From positions 14,404 through 78,403 of the forward strand of contig JAIVGS010000189.1 in assembly GCA_020201435.1 (NCBI GenBank): a stretch of 64,000 bases of DNA. The letters run 5' to 3'. Below the pieces are notes generated by a model. It was not told the origin of the DNA. It worked only from the letters and a program-made list of their open reading frames with translations, and searched no databases. The position numbers and the translations under genes were made by a program. Source of the DNA: Myxococcales bacterium. GTDB lineage: Bacteria; Myxococcota; Myxococcia; Myxococcales; 40CM-4-68-19. Every line of letters begins with the position of its first letter. The first letter of the stretch is position 1. Shown in pieces: positions 11,206 to 20,743 of this stretch.

Positions 11206-11427
11206 ATGCCCAGGTACAAGCCCAGCGACGACGGCACCGTTGTCGAAGGCAAGGTCGTCGTCTACATGGGGAAAGGTCCCCAGTCGACCGCACTGCTCGA
11301 TCGGTCGGCGAAAGCCGCAGTGGCCAAGGCGACCGCGGCCGCCCTCGCCGCCGCCGCGAAGCGTGGCGCTCCCCTGTGCGAGGATTGCGAACGGGCCCGC
11401 CGTGAGCTGGAGGGGAAGCGCCGGTGA
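11206..11427 (+). CDS. small hypothetical protein (Ala-rich, C-terminal 'PLCEDCERA')
   Basis: 73 aa. Its stop overlaps the GTG start of the DUF4123 gene (GTGA at 11424-11427). Confidence 0.5.
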   Translation: MPRYKPSDDGTVVEGKVVVYMGKGPQSTALLDRSAKAAVAKATAAALAAAAKRGAPLCEDCERARRELEGKRR

Positions 11428-12350
11428 CAGCCGCGGCGCAAGTTCTGGCTACGCTCGGGAAGGGGCCGACGTACGCCGTCCTCGACGGGGCGCGCGACCC
11501 ACGGGTCGCCGGGCTGGCCAAAGGAGAGCTGGTCCGCTGCCTCTATCGCGGGACGCTCCCGAAAGAAGTCGCCGAGGCGGCGCCGTACCTGATGCGGGTT
11601 TGGCCGGGAAACGAGCCGACCGAACGATTCTTCAGTCAGGGGTGGCAACAGGCGTGGGGCGTGCTGCTCGCGTACGCCGGGCCGATCAAGGCGCTCTACC
11701 GGCACCTGCGGCAGTTCTTGCGTGTCCGCGGCGAGGACGGACGCGCGTTTGCCTTTCGCTGGTACGACCCGCGCGTCCTGCGCGTCTACCTGCCGACGTG
11801 CACTCCCGCGGAGATCGGGCGATTTTTCGGGCCGATCGAGGCATTCGCGGTAGAGGACGAGGCCCCGGACACGTTTCACGTCTTCCGCCGGGCGATGCGC
11901 GGGTTCGAGCAGCGGCGGGTCTCGCGGAACGATCCCTCACGGCTCTTGCGCACCTGGGATCACGCCGAGGCACCCGACCGGCGCGACCCGCTGATCCTCT
12001 TCCGCGCGCGGCAGCTGCGGGCGTTCCAGGAACGCATGGACGAGCGTTACCTGGATCAGTTGATCCGCATGCTGCGAAAGCAGCTGCCGCTCCAGTTGAC
12101 GGGCTTCCCGCACAGCCGGATCCGCGACCGATGCCGCGACGCGCTGACGCGGGCCGCCGCCTACGGCTTGCGCGGCGACGACGTGCTCTCGTTCATCGCC
12201 ATGACGTGGACCATCTCGCCGCACTTCGATTCCCATCCTTCTTTCCGGGAGATCTTCCGCGACTCCACCATCGCGGGCTCGCGAAAGCTGCCGGCGATCT
12301 TCGAGCGGGTGGGGTCGCGCCAATGGATCGAGGCGAGGCGGCTCGACTAG
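11424..12350 (+). CDS. DUF4123 domain protein (T6SS Tap/Tec-type adaptor family)
   Basis: 308 aa. 'YAVLDGARDPRV...LY...AAPYLMRV...AFRWYDPRVLRVYLPTCTPAEIGRFFGPI' matches the DUF4123 pattern as I remember it. Confidence 0.7.
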   Translation: MTAAAQVLATLGKGPTYAVLDGARDPRVAGLAKGELVRCLYRGTLPKEVAEAAPYLMRVWPGNEPTERFFSQGWQQAWGVLLAYAGPIKALYRHLRQFLRVRGEDGRAFAFRWYDPRVLRVYLPTCTPAEIGRFFGPIEAFAVEDEAPDTFHVFRRAMRGFEQRRVSRNDPSRLLRTWDHAEAPDRRDPLILFRARQLRAFQERMDERYLDQLIRMLRKQLPLQLTGFPHSRIRDRCRDALTRAAAYGLRGDDVLSFIAMTWTISPHFDSHPSFREIFRDSTIAGSRKLPAIFERVGSRQWIEARRLD

Positions 12351-12357
12351 ACCGGGG

Positions 12358-13680
12358 TTGCGCATGCTGGACGAAGTTCGCGAGCAGGTCGATCGGGCGG
12401 CGGAGCACCTCGGGCGCGGCCACGTCGCCGACGCGGCGGCGGCGTTCGAGGACGCGGTGCGCCTCGCCCCCGGCGAGATCACCCTGCGGCAGCGGCTGGC
12501 CGACGTCTATCTGCGCCTGGGGCATCGAGCCCACGCGCTCGCCGAGTACCAGCACATCGCCGGAAGGTACGCGGCCGAGGGCGAGCTGTTCAAGGCGATC
12601 GCCGTGTGCAAGCTGATCGGCGCGATCGAGCCCGGCCGCCGGCAGACGTTGCAGGCCATCACCGAGCTCTATGCGCTGCAGCGCGGCGGCAGCGCGACCG
12701 CGATGCTGCCGGCGAACATGAGCGGCGCCGTGGCGGCGCAGGAGCCCGCGCCGGATCTCGATCTCGAGTCGCTCGACGTTTTGCGCAATGGCCTGCCCCC
12801 GGCCTCCGACCAGGAAGCGGCGGCGCTGCCGCTGGAGGGCGCGGTCGAGATCGACCTCGGCCCGCTGCCGCAGTCGCCGCTCTTCTCCGCGCTCGACAAG
12901 GACGGATTCGCGGCGCTGGTGGACGCGGTCGAGCTGCGCTGGATGCGGTCCGGCGCGACGATCGTCGAGGAAGGCGCGCGCGGCGAATCGATGTTCGTCG
13001 TGGTCCAGGGCGCCGTCGACGTGCGGCGCGGCGAAAAGGCCGTGGCGGTCATCGGGGAGGGTTCGTTCTTCGGCGAGATGGCGCTGGTCACCGACTCGCC
13101 GCGGCTCGCGACGGTGGCGGCGGCGCGCGACGGATTGCTGTTCGAGCTCCACCGTTCGAAACTTGCGGAGATCGTCGCGCGGCACCCGGCGGTGGGAAAG
13201 GTCATCGACGACTTCTATCGCGACCGGTTGCTCGCGAACGTGATTCGGGCCAGCCCCGTGTTCCGGCCGTTCAGCGAGCACGAGACGGCGAGCATCAGCC
13301 AGCGTTTCGTGCGCCACAGCCTGCCGCCCTCGAACGTGGTGCTCCGGCAGGACGAGCCCGGACGCGGCTTTTTCGTCATCCTGCGCGGCAGGTGCGACGT
13401 CGTCCACGAGACCGCGCAGGGCGAGGTGCCGGTGCGGCAGATGCGGGAGGGCGACGTCTTCGGCGAGATCTCGCTGCTTCTCGACGGACCGTGCACCGCG
13501 ACGGTCCGCACCGCCTCGGCGTGCGAAGTGCTGGAGCTGCAGCGCGACGACTTCCGCGCCCTCGTGCTGCCCAATCGGCAAGTCCGCGAAATGATTGAGA
13601 AAATCGCGAACGAGCGGCTGGCGCGGACGGCCGACCTGTTGGAGCGCCAGCCGCGCGTCCTGCGCGACTACAACGTCTGA
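12358..13680 (+). CDS. TPR plus tandem cyclic-nucleotide-binding-domain protein
   Basis: 440 aa. N-terminal TPR-like helices, then two CAP-ED domains ('EGARGESMFVVVQGAV...FFGEMALVTDSPRLATV' and 'QDEPGRGFFVILRGRC...VFGEISLLLDGPCTATV'). Confidence 0.8.
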   Translation: MRMLDEVREQVDRAAEHLGRGHVADAAAAFEDAVRLAPGEITLRQRLADVYLRLGHRAHALAEYQHIAGRYAAEGELFKAIAVCKLIGAIEPGRRQTLQAITELYALQRGGSATAMLPANMSGAVAAQEPAPDLDLESLDVLRNGLPPASDQEAAALPLEGAVEIDLGPLPQSPLFSALDKDGFAALVDAVELRWMRSGATIVEEGARGESMFVVVQGAVDVRRGEKAVAVIGEGSFFGEMALVTDSPRLATVAAARDGLLFELHRSKLAEIVARHPAVGKVIDDFYRDRLLANVIRASPVFRPFSEHETASISQRFVRHSLPPSNVVLRQDEPGRGFFVILRGRCDVVHETAQGEVPVRQMREGDVFGEISLLLDGPCTATVRTASACEVLELQRDDFRALVLPNRQVREMIEKIANERLARTADLLERQPRVLRDYNV

Positions 13681-13944
13681 TTACTTGCCGCGGCCGTGCG
13701 GGACGGCGGCCGCCGGCAGCTTCTCGTTGTCGTACTGGCCCTCGAGGGCCGCGCGCACCGGGCGGTCGAACCGGACCTTGCCGGTCGCCACCTCGCGCAG
13801 CGCGAGCACGGGCGGCTTGTCCTTCGCCTCGATCAGCGGCCGCGCGCCGGCCATCAGCTGCCGCGCCCGCTTGGTGGCGAGCAGCACCAGCGCGAAGCGG
13901 TTGTCGACCAGCGGAAGGCAGTCCTCTACGGTGACGCGAGCCAT
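13681..13944 (-). CDS. rpoZ: DNA-directed RNA polymerase subunit omega
   Basis: 87 aa. '[30 protein letters not shown]'. Confidence 0.9.
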   Translation of the reverse strand: MARVTVEDCLPLVDNRFALVLLATKRARQLMAGARPLIEAKDKPPVLALREVATGKVRFDRPVRAALEGQYDNEKLPAAAVPHGRGK

Positions 13945-14001
13945 CTACGACTCCTGGAAAGGGACGGGCTGAATATTCGATTCGGCGCGAAATTGCAACG
14001 A

Positions 14002-15408
14002 TTACGGCTTGCTCGCCTGCACGCCCGCATCCGGGCTTCCGGGAGGCGGCTGGTCGAGCGCGTCTGCGAGCTTCCACGGCCAGTCGTCGACGGTCGCCTT
14101 CTCGACGCGCGCCAGCTTGTCGACGCCGTCGGCCAGCGCGTACCGCTTGCCGTCCTTCTCGGCGCCAAGCCGGATGCGGGCCAGCACCTTGTCGTTTTCG
14201 CCCAGTAAAGTCGCGGTCTTGTCGAAGCCGTACTTCTTGAGATCCCTGGGGACCGGGCCGTCGAACGCGGCGGCCTTCAAGGACGTCATCGAGTACGACG
14301 CCGACGACATCTTCCATTTCTTCGCCGGACCGTGTCCCACGACCTCGTACTTCTCGTCGGGGAACCCGCCGTCCGGCGGCGTCAGCTTCGTCCGCGTGAC
14401 CTCGACCTTTCCCGACGGCGACTCGAAGACGAACTTCCGGATCTGATCGCGCTCCGCCTTCACCAGCGTCTTGTCCTGCAGGTCGAACGGCTCTTTCTCG
14501 AGATCCTTCAGGATCGAAGCATCGACCTCGTAGATCACCGGGCTGTCGTCGCGCCTGGCCAGCGTCTTCGAGTCCTTCTGGCCGAATACGACGGTGCGCG
14601 TGAACGTGTCCTTGCCGGACGTAACCGAAAGCTTTGCCACCGCCTTCGGCTTGTCGAGACCGAACTGCGCAGCGGTCGCTGCGGTTTCCGCGGCAACGGC
14701 CGTCGCGCGAAGCTGTTTCACCGCGCTGACCACGCGGTCCGCCGCCGCGGAATCGGCAGCCGCGCCGCCCACTTTCCACCCCGACCCGTCCTTCTCCAGC
14801 ACGTACGGCGTCTTCACGCCGGTCACGTCGACGCGCTTCACGTCCGCGCTGTCGTCGAGGTGCGCGACCTTCTTGTCGCGCAGGTCGAGAAGCGACTTGT
14901 CGAACATGTTCTTGTTGTACCCGTCGACGATCCGGACGGTCGCGTCGCCGGTCTTCTTCACGTAGAGCGTGTTGTCGAACGAGTTGTCGACGCCGAGCAG
15001 CAGGCCCTGCTCCTTGCCGTCATCGAGCTCGACGGTGAGCGAGGACCGGGGCGCGTCCAGCCCATAGGCCTTCAGGTCCTTCTCTTCGCCGAGGTCTTTC
15101 TTCTGCTTGAGCGAAGTCAGCGAGCCCAGGAGCGAGTCGACCATCCCGTCGTCGGCTTCGGCCTTGATCGGCTCGTCGACCTTCCAGCCCTTGTCGTCCT
15201 TCGAGACCGCGGCGACGAGCTTGCCGTCCTTTTCCAGCCGCAGGCTGCGCGCGTGCGCCTTGTCGAACTCGAAGATCTTCTCGCTCTTCTCCTTGGCCTC
15301 GGTCTTCGCGGCCTCGTCCTTCCGGGTCCAGAAGGCGATCCCACCGACCGCGCCCGCCACCACCAGCAGCGCGAGCAACCCCAAGAGCGACTTCTTGATC
15401 TGGCTCAC
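14002..15408 (-). CDS. DUF4340 domain protein (accessory to the GldG-type ABC system)
   Basis: Carved from the 1113-aa read-through ORF. GTG 15408 gives 'VSQIKKSLLGLLALLVVAG' (TM anchor), then repeated 'DGxxWKV' beta-rich units. The start overlaps the GldG-like gene's stop (GTGA). Confidence 0.7.
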   Translation of the reverse strand: MSQIKKSLLGLLALLVVAGAVGGIAFWTRKDEAAKTEAKEKSEKIFEFDKAHARSLRLEKDGKLVAAVSKDDKGWKVDEPIKAEADDGMVDSLLGSLTSLKQKKDLGEEKDLKAYGLDAPRSSLTVELDDGKEQGLLLGVDNSFDNTLYVKKTGDATVRIVDGYNKNMFDKSLLDLRDKKVAHLDDSADVKRVDVTGVKTPYVLEKDGSGWKVGGAAADSAAADRVVSAVKQLRATAVAAETAATAAQFGLDKPKAVAKLSVTSGKDTFTRTVVFGQKDSKTLARRDDSPVIYEVDASILKDLEKEPFDLQDKTLVKAERDQIRKFVFESPSGKVEVTRTKLTPPDGGFPDEKYEVVGHGPAKKWKMSSASYSMTSLKAAAFDGPVPRDLKKYGFDKTATLLGENDKVLARIRLGAEKDGKRYALADGVDKLARVEKATVDDWPWKLADALDQPPPGSPDAGVQASKP

Positions 15409-16913
15409 CGGCTCTTCCTCGTCTGCCAGACCACGAGGCCGGCGAAAAGAAGCCCGAACGGCAGCAGGTCGAAGGCGAACAGCGTCATCCGATGCTTCTG
15501 CTCGGCCGAGAGGAACAGGTGGTTCGACTGGCGCTGCTTCGGCCGGATCGAGATCCGCGACTCCTCGTGCGCGCTCCAAGCCACTGAATTCAGGGCGAAA
15601 TCCTTGTTGCCCGACAGGCGCAAATACCCGTTGGCGGCGAACAGGGAGTTCCCGATCACCACCACCCGCGACTCGCCCTTCGAGGCCGAGGTCGCGAGCG
15701 TCACCGGCCCCTTCAGGTCCTGGCCGGGGTCGAACTTCACCTGCCCCGACGTGAGCGAGCTCGTCTCGCCCCAGGCCCGAGGCCCGGTCTTGGCGAGCTC
15801 GACCACCGTCCACCCCGCCGGCGGCGTGGAGAACTTCGACACCGAACGGGCGACCGGGAAGATGGTCGCGAGCTGGAACGCCGAATTGCGCGGCTGCGTG
15901 ATCGGGTGCTCGGTGTACTGCTGGGCGATGGCGATCTCCGGGTTCTGCGCCTCCGGATCGATCACCTCGTCCTTGCCGAGCTGGATGCCCCACGACTGGA
16001 ACGCGCCCTCGAATCCGGTGGTGACGCCCGGATCGATCATCGCGACGATCTTCCCACCTTTGTCCACCCAGTCCTTGACGAGCTTCACTTCGCCGTCGGT
16101 GAACTGGCCGACCGGACCGGCGACGACGAGCGCCGCGACGTCCGCGGGCATCTCCTTGTGCTCGGCGAGGACGATCTCGTCGGTCTGGTACCCCTCCGAC
16201 TTGAGGCTCTCGACCAGCAGCTTGAGGCCCCGCTCCGTCGAATCGGCGACGGCGTGCTCGCCGTGGCCCTTGGTGAAGTAGACCTTCTTGGCCGATCCGC
16301 GGGTCACGTCGATGAGCGCGTTGGTCAGCGCCTCCTCGGTGATCTCCTTGGCGCGCGATTCCTTCGACCCGCTCTTCACGATCACCCGCGGACCGGTCTG
16401 CGAGATGTTCATCTCCTTGACCATCGCCGGGTGCTTGAACGGGTCCACGTACTCGACCTTCAGCTTGTCGCTCTGCGCGCTGTACTGCCGCAGCCGCTGC
16501 TCGAGCTCGGGATACTCGGGCTCGCTCGCGGCGTAGAACGCGCTGACCTTGACCTCGTCCTTCAGGCCCTTGAGGACGCCGGTGGTCTGGTCGCTCAAGG
16601 TGAAGATCTTGTCCTTGGTGAGGTCCCAGGACTTGGGCTTCTTGACCGCGATGTAATTCACGCCGACGAGCGCCGCGACCAGCACCGCCGCGCTCACCGC
16701 GCTGATGGTGCCGTAGAACGCGCCGCGCCCGAGCGGATGCTCGCTGCGGTTGGTGATCAGCCAGAAGGCGACGCCGGCGACGCCGAGGACGAGCCGCGCG
16801 ATCACGCCCGCGCTCGCGATGCTGCCGGTGACGAACAGCCAGTTGAACACCGCGCTGAACAGGACGACCAGTCCGAACAGACCGCCGATGCGGCCCCAAG
16901 CTTTTGAATTCAT
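15405..16913 (-). CDS. GldG-family ABC transporter auxiliary protein
   Basis: 502 aa. N- and C-terminal TM helices flank a large periplasmic domain. Position downstream of the ABC-2 permease is typical of GldG. Confidence 0.7.
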   Translation of the reverse strand: MNSKAWGRIGGLFGLVVLFSAVFNWLFVTGSIASAGVIARLVLGVAGVAFWLITNRSEHPLGRGAFYGTISAVSAAVLVAALVGVNYIAVKKPKSWDLTKDKIFTLSDQTTGVLKGLKDEVKVSAFYAASEPEYPELEQRLRQYSAQSDKLKVEYVDPFKHPAMVKEMNISQTGPRVIVKSGSKESRAKEITEEALTNALIDVTRGSAKKVYFTKGHGEHAVADSTERGLKLLVESLKSEGYQTDEIVLAEHKEMPADVAALVVAGPVGQFTDGEVKLVKDWVDKGGKIVAMIDPGVTTGFEGAFQSWGIQLGKDEVIDPEAQNPEIAIAQQYTEHPITQPRNSAFQLATIFPVARSVSKFSTPPAGWTVVELAKTGPRAWGETSSLTSGQVKFDPGQDLKGPVTLATSASKGESRVVVIGNSLFAANGYLRLSGNKDFALNSVAWSAHEESRISIRPKQRQSNHLFLSAEQKHRMTLFAFDLLPFGLLFAGLVVWQTRKSR

Positions 16914-16919
16914 TGCGCT

Positions 16920-17705
16920 TTAGCTCCAGCGATGAGCCTCGACTGCGCGGTTCGTCGCGAACAGGCCGAGGACGATGATGGAAAGGAAGTAGACGACGTC
17001 CTTCACGTCGAGGGTGCCCTTGCTGAAGGAGTCGAGGTGGCTGACCGACGCGAGGTAGGTCACGAAGTCGCGCACCCAGCCCTCCGCCTCGCCCGCGGTC
17101 CAGCCGATGATCCACGTCATCAGAAGGACCACGAAGGTGATCAGCGCGGCGACCACCTGCGACTCGGTCAGCGAGGAGATGAAGAGCCCGATCGCCATGT
17201 ACGCCGCGCCCATCAGGAACAGGCCGCCGTAGCCGAGCAGCACCGAGCGCCACTCGACGCCGTTCGAGTCCCCGGCGTTGAACTGGACGAGCAGCGGGTA
17301 GGTGAGGGTGAGCGCCAGTGCGATGACGAGGATCGCGAGGCACGCCAGGTACTTGCCCCAGACGATCTGACCCGGCGTCACCGGCGTCGTGTAGAGCAGC
17401 TCGATGGTCTTCTGCCGCTTCTCCTCGGCGACCAGCCGCATGGTGAGGAAGGGCACGATGAAGATCAGGATCACGCCCAGGTTGCCGAAAAGGTTGCGGA
17501 AGATCGCGTCCTGGAAGTTCAGCCGGCTCATCATTTCCGGCGCCTGGAAGCGCATGTACGCGAGCGACGCCTGCTCGTACGCGCCGAGCAGCCGGAGGAA
17601 GAAGTACGACCCGATGACGACGAACAGCGTGAACATCACGTACGCGATCGGCGTCGCGAAATAGATGTTGAGTTCCTTCTTGGCGATTGCGATTGCGTTT
17701 TTCAT
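16920..17705 (-). CDS. ABC-2 type transporter permease (GldF-like)
   Basis: Start re-set to ATG 17705 ('MKNAIAIAKKELNIYFATPIAYV'), 261 aa, 6 predicted TM segments. Confidence 0.8.
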   Translation of the reverse strand: MKNAIAIAKKELNIYFATPIAYVMFTLFVVIGSYFFLRLLGAYEQASLAYMRFQAPEMMSRLNFQDAIFRNLFGNLGVILIFIVPFLTMRLVAEEKRQKTIELLYTTPVTPGQIVWGKYLACLAILVIALALTLTYPLLVQFNAGDSNGVEWRSVLLGYGGLFLMGAAYMAIGLFISSLTESQVVAALITFVVLLMTWIIGWTAGEAEGWVRDFVTYLASVSHLDSFSKGTLDVKDVVYFLSIIVLGLFATNRAVEAHRWS

Positions 17706-17803
17706 CCAGTGCACCACCTGTGAAGCAGTTGGGGGGTCCAGGGGGGAGCGAGCTCCACCCTGGTGGAGGCGCCGCAGGCGCCGGATCGAAAGGCGTCTCG
17801 GGG

Positions 17804-18550
17804 TCAGGCGGACGTCAATTTCAAGAAAATCTCCTCTAACGACGGAGCGGGACCGGCCTGGCCGTCGGCGGTGAGCGCCCCGGCGTGCGTGCGCTGCAGG
17901 CCTTCCAGGGTATCGTCGGCGACGACCTTTCCCTGGGAGATGATCAGCACCCGCTGGCAGGTCGCGACCACCTCGGGGAGGATGTGCGTCGAGAGCACGA
18001 TGGTGTGCTTGCCGGCGAGCGACTTGATCAGCTGGCGCACCTCGATGATCTGCGCCGGGTCGAGTCCGACGGTGGGCTCGTCGAGGATCAGCACTTCCGG
18101 ATCGTTGAGCAGCGCCTGCGCGAGCCCGACCCGCTGCCGCTGGCCTTTCGAGAGGTTGCCGATCACGCGGTGGATGAACTGCCTGCAGTTGGTCTGGGTG
18201 GCGACCTTCTCGACCTCGCCCTCGCGCTGGGAGCGGCGAACGCCCTTGATCTCGGCGACGAAGCGCAGGTACGCGCGCACCGTCATGTCGGTGTAGACGG
18301 GCGGCGTCTCGGGCAGATATCCGATCCGCCGCTTCACCTCCATCGGCCGCTCGAACACGTCGTAGCCGGAGACCTTCACGCTGCCGCTGGTGGGCGGGAG
18401 AACGCCGGTGATCATCCGCATCGTCGTGGTCTTGCCGGCGCCGTTGGGACCGAGAAAGCCGACGATCTCGCCCTTTTCGACCTTGAAGGTGACGTCCTGG
18501 ACCGCCTTGAGATCGCGATAGCTTTTCACCAGATGAGAGACTTCGATCAT
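17804..18550 (-). CDS. ABC transporter ATP-binding protein (GldA-like)
   Basis: Start re-set to ATG 18550 ('MIEVSHLVKSY'). Walker A 'GPNGAGKTT', signature 'LSKGQRQRV', Walker B 'LILDEP'. Confidence 0.9.
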   Translation of the reverse strand: MIEVSHLVKSYRDLKAVQDVTFKVEKGEIVGFLGPNGAGKTTTMRMITGVLPPTSGSVKVSGYDVFERPMEVKRRIGYLPETPPVYTDMTVRAYLRFVAEIKGVRRSQREGEVEKVATQTNCRQFIHRVIGNLSKGQRQRVGLAQALLNDPEVLILDEPTVGLDPAQIIEVRQLIKSLAGKHTIVLSTHILPEVVATCQRVLIISQGKVVADDTLEGLQRTHAGALTADGQAGPAPSLEEIFLKLTSA

Positions 18551-18682
18551 CGATTTTCCTCGCGGTTTGCGGCGGTGGAACAAAGGACGCTGCGACTCGC
18601 TTCCCTGGAAAAAACGGCGGCAATCTAGAGCAAGTCGGCGCTGTGTCAAGCAGGCAGGCGGGCGGTCGGGTAGACTTAAGTC

Positions 18683-19807
18683 GTGGGCGTGATCGTGCAG
18701 AAATACGGCGGCTCGTCGGTGGCCGACGTGCAGAAGATCCAGCGGGTGGCCGAGCGGGTGGCGGCGACGCGCGGTCGCGGTTCCCAGGTGTGCGTGGTCG
18801 TCAGCGCGATGGGCGACACCACCGACGAGCTCCTGAAGCTCGCGCAAAGAGTATCGGACGGGAATCCGCACCGGCGAGAGCTCGACATGCTCTTGACCGC
18901 CGGCGAGCGGATCTCGATGGCCCTCCTCGGCATGGCGCTGCACGCGCGCGGCGTCGAAGCGGTCAGCTTCACCGGGTCGCAGAGCGGCATCATCACCGAC
19001 GGCGCGCACACCAACGCGCGGATCCTCGAAGTGCGGCCGGTGCGGATCCTCGAAGAGCTGGGCCGCGGCAAGGTCGTGATCGTCGCGGGATACCAAGGCG
19101 TCTCGCGCGAGAAGGAGATCACCACTCTCGGCCGCGGCGGCAGCGACACGACCGCGGTCGCGCTCGCTGCCGCCCTGGAGGCGGAGGTCTGCGAGATCTG
19201 CTCCGACGTCGACGGCGTGTTCACCACCGATCCGCGGATCGCGCCGGGAGCGCGGCGGCTGTCGGAGCTGTCGCACGAAGAGATGCAGGAGCTGGCCCTC
19301 GCCGGCGCCAAGGTGCTGAACGCGCAGGCGGTGGAATTCGCGCGCGATCGCGGGATCACCATCCACGCGCGCAGCAGCTTTCAGAGCGGCCCGGGGACGG
19401 TGGTGCGGAAAAGTGCGACACGCGAGCTGCGCATCTCGGGAATCGCTCTCGACGCGGAAGTATTGGTCGTCCGCGGCGCTCCCCTCGAATTGCTGCAGAA
19501 GCACGGCGCCTGGCCGCGCGAGGCGTGGGACGATCGCGCGATCGTGCCGCTCGAGAACGTCCACGGCCTCCCGGCGCTGCTCGCGGATCTACGCGGGTAC
19601 GAAGTCTCGAACGACCTCGCCCAGGTCTCGATCGTGGGGACCGGCATCGGCGCGTCGAAGGAGCCGCTCGACCGCGCGCTCGCTGCGCTCGAGCTGACGC
19701 CGCGCTCGACGCTGGTCGCGCCGCTGCGCATCGCCTTCCTGGTTCCCCGCGACGCCGCCAAGGACTGCGTGCGCCGGCTGCATTCCGAATTCATCGAGAG
19801 GAGCTGA
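18683..19807 (+). CDS. lysC: aspartate kinase
   Basis: 374 aa. '[19 protein letters not shown]...[14 protein letters not shown]...[16 protein letters not shown]'. The C-terminal regulatory region is short. Confidence 0.85.
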   Translation: MGVIVQKYGGSSVADVQKIQRVAERVAATRGRGSQVCVVVSAMGDTTDELLKLAQRVSDGNPHRRELDMLLTAGERISMALLGMALHARGVEAVSFTGSQSGIITDGAHTNARILEVRPVRILEELGRGKVVIVAGYQGVSREKEITTLGRGGSDTTAVALAAALEAEVCEICSDVDGVFTTDPRIAPGARRLSELSHEEMQELALAGAKVLNAQAVEFARDRGITIHARSSFQSGPGTVVRKSATRELRISGIALDAEVLVVRGAPLELLQKHGAWPREAWDDRAIVPLENVHGLPALLADLRGYEVSNDLAQVSIVGTGIGASKEPLDRALAALELTPRSTLVAPLRIAFLVPRDAAKDCVRRLHSEFIERS

Positions 19808-19810
19808 CAC

Positions 19811-20329
19811 TTGCCGACCGCGAAGAGATCGTCGCCGAAGAAGTCCGCCGAGCCTTCGTTGAAAGCCCGCGTGGCCAAGGCGTTGGGCGTGAGCGAGGCC
19901 GAGGCCGAGGAGCGCGCGCTGCGCGAGCTGGCGGATTCACTGGGGTTGCTCGACAAGCCGAAGCCGGCAGCCTCTTCGAGCCCGCCGGAGGCGTTGGCGC
20001 ACGGTCAGCCGTCGGGCCATTACCTGCCGCAGCGCCTCTATCTTCTCCTCGACGGCCGCGGCCTCGACGGGCGCGGCATGCCGATCGAGGTGATCGACCT
20101 GCCCTGCATCATCGGCAGCGAGAAGAAATCGAACGTCTGGATCAACTCGCCGCAGATCGAGACGCACCACGCGCGCATCACGCACGGCGACGAGGGCTGG
20201 GTGATCGAAGACATGGGCAGCGAGCACGGCACCTTCTTCGGCGACCACAAGATCAAGCGGCGCGTGATCAAGAGCGGCGACGAATACCGGCTGGCGGGGT
20301 ATCTGCGCCTGCGGACCGAGTTGAGGTGA
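19811..20329 (+). CDS. FHA domain-containing protein
   Basis: 172 aa (TTG start in track). C-terminal FHA 'CIIGSEKKSNVWINSPQIETHHARITHGDEGWVIEDMGSEHGTFF'. Confidence 0.7.
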   Translation: MPTAKRSSPKKSAEPSLKARVAKALGVSEAEAEERALRELADSLGLLDKPKPAASSSPPEALAHGQPSGHYLPQRLYLLLDGRGLDGRGMPIEVIDLPCIIGSEKKSNVWINSPQIETHHARITHGDEGWVIEDMGSEHGTFFGDHKIKRRVIKSGDEYRLAGYLRLRTELR

Positions 20330-20708
20330 GTCGCGGCCGTTCCCGCTTTTGGTTCAACTGGGAAAACGACGGCTACGCGCAGGGCCAGTGATCGTGTATC
20401 GAAAAAGTCAGGATCTCTCCCTGGACACCGGTTGGTTGAATTCCTGCTTTCGGGACGCATTGCAGCAGGGCAGAGCGATTCAGAACGAATTGTACGACAG
20501 GATCTGCTCACACTGCGGGCCTCTGCCGCAGTTGAATGACGTCAAGGAAGAGGCCATTCGCACGTCTCATTGCGATTCTCAACTGGAGCCCTGACTTCTT
20601 CGCGAGCCGCCACGCGCGGTCGGTTTGGCGGGAAAGGTCGCGCAGAGCGCGACTGTGGTCATCGGCATCGCGCGCTCGTCTCGGGCGGTCGACTGCCGTG
20701 AGCAACTC

Positions 20709-20737
20709 TTGACCTGGATGAAAACATACGCTATTCA
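20709..20737 (+). promoter_or_regulatory. candidate sigma70-like promoter of the RAYT-like gene
   Basis: TTGACC (20709-20714) -N17- TATTCA (20732-20737). The GTG start lies only 6 nt downstream, implying a near-leaderless mRNA. Confidence 0.35.
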
Positions 20738-20743
20738 AATTAT

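Noticed and set aside
17706-17803. Imperfect hairpin (CCAGGGTGGAG...TCCCCCCTGG on the minus strand) in the 98-nt gap between the ABC ATPase and permease genes, considered as an attenuator or terminator.
   Set aside because: The stem has a mismatch and no U-tract follows it. Intercistronic hairpins of this quality are common at this GC content. I saw no supporting evidence.
20349-20594. 81-aa plus-strand ORF (and the 106-aa minus-strand ORF 20508..20828) in the lower-GC spacer upstream of the RAYT-like gene.
   Set aside because: I see no Shine-Dalgarno, no GC3 bias and no recognisable motif, and the start context is poor. It is more likely non-coding or decayed DNA associated with the transposase-like gene. 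A decayed gene remnant cannot be excluded.
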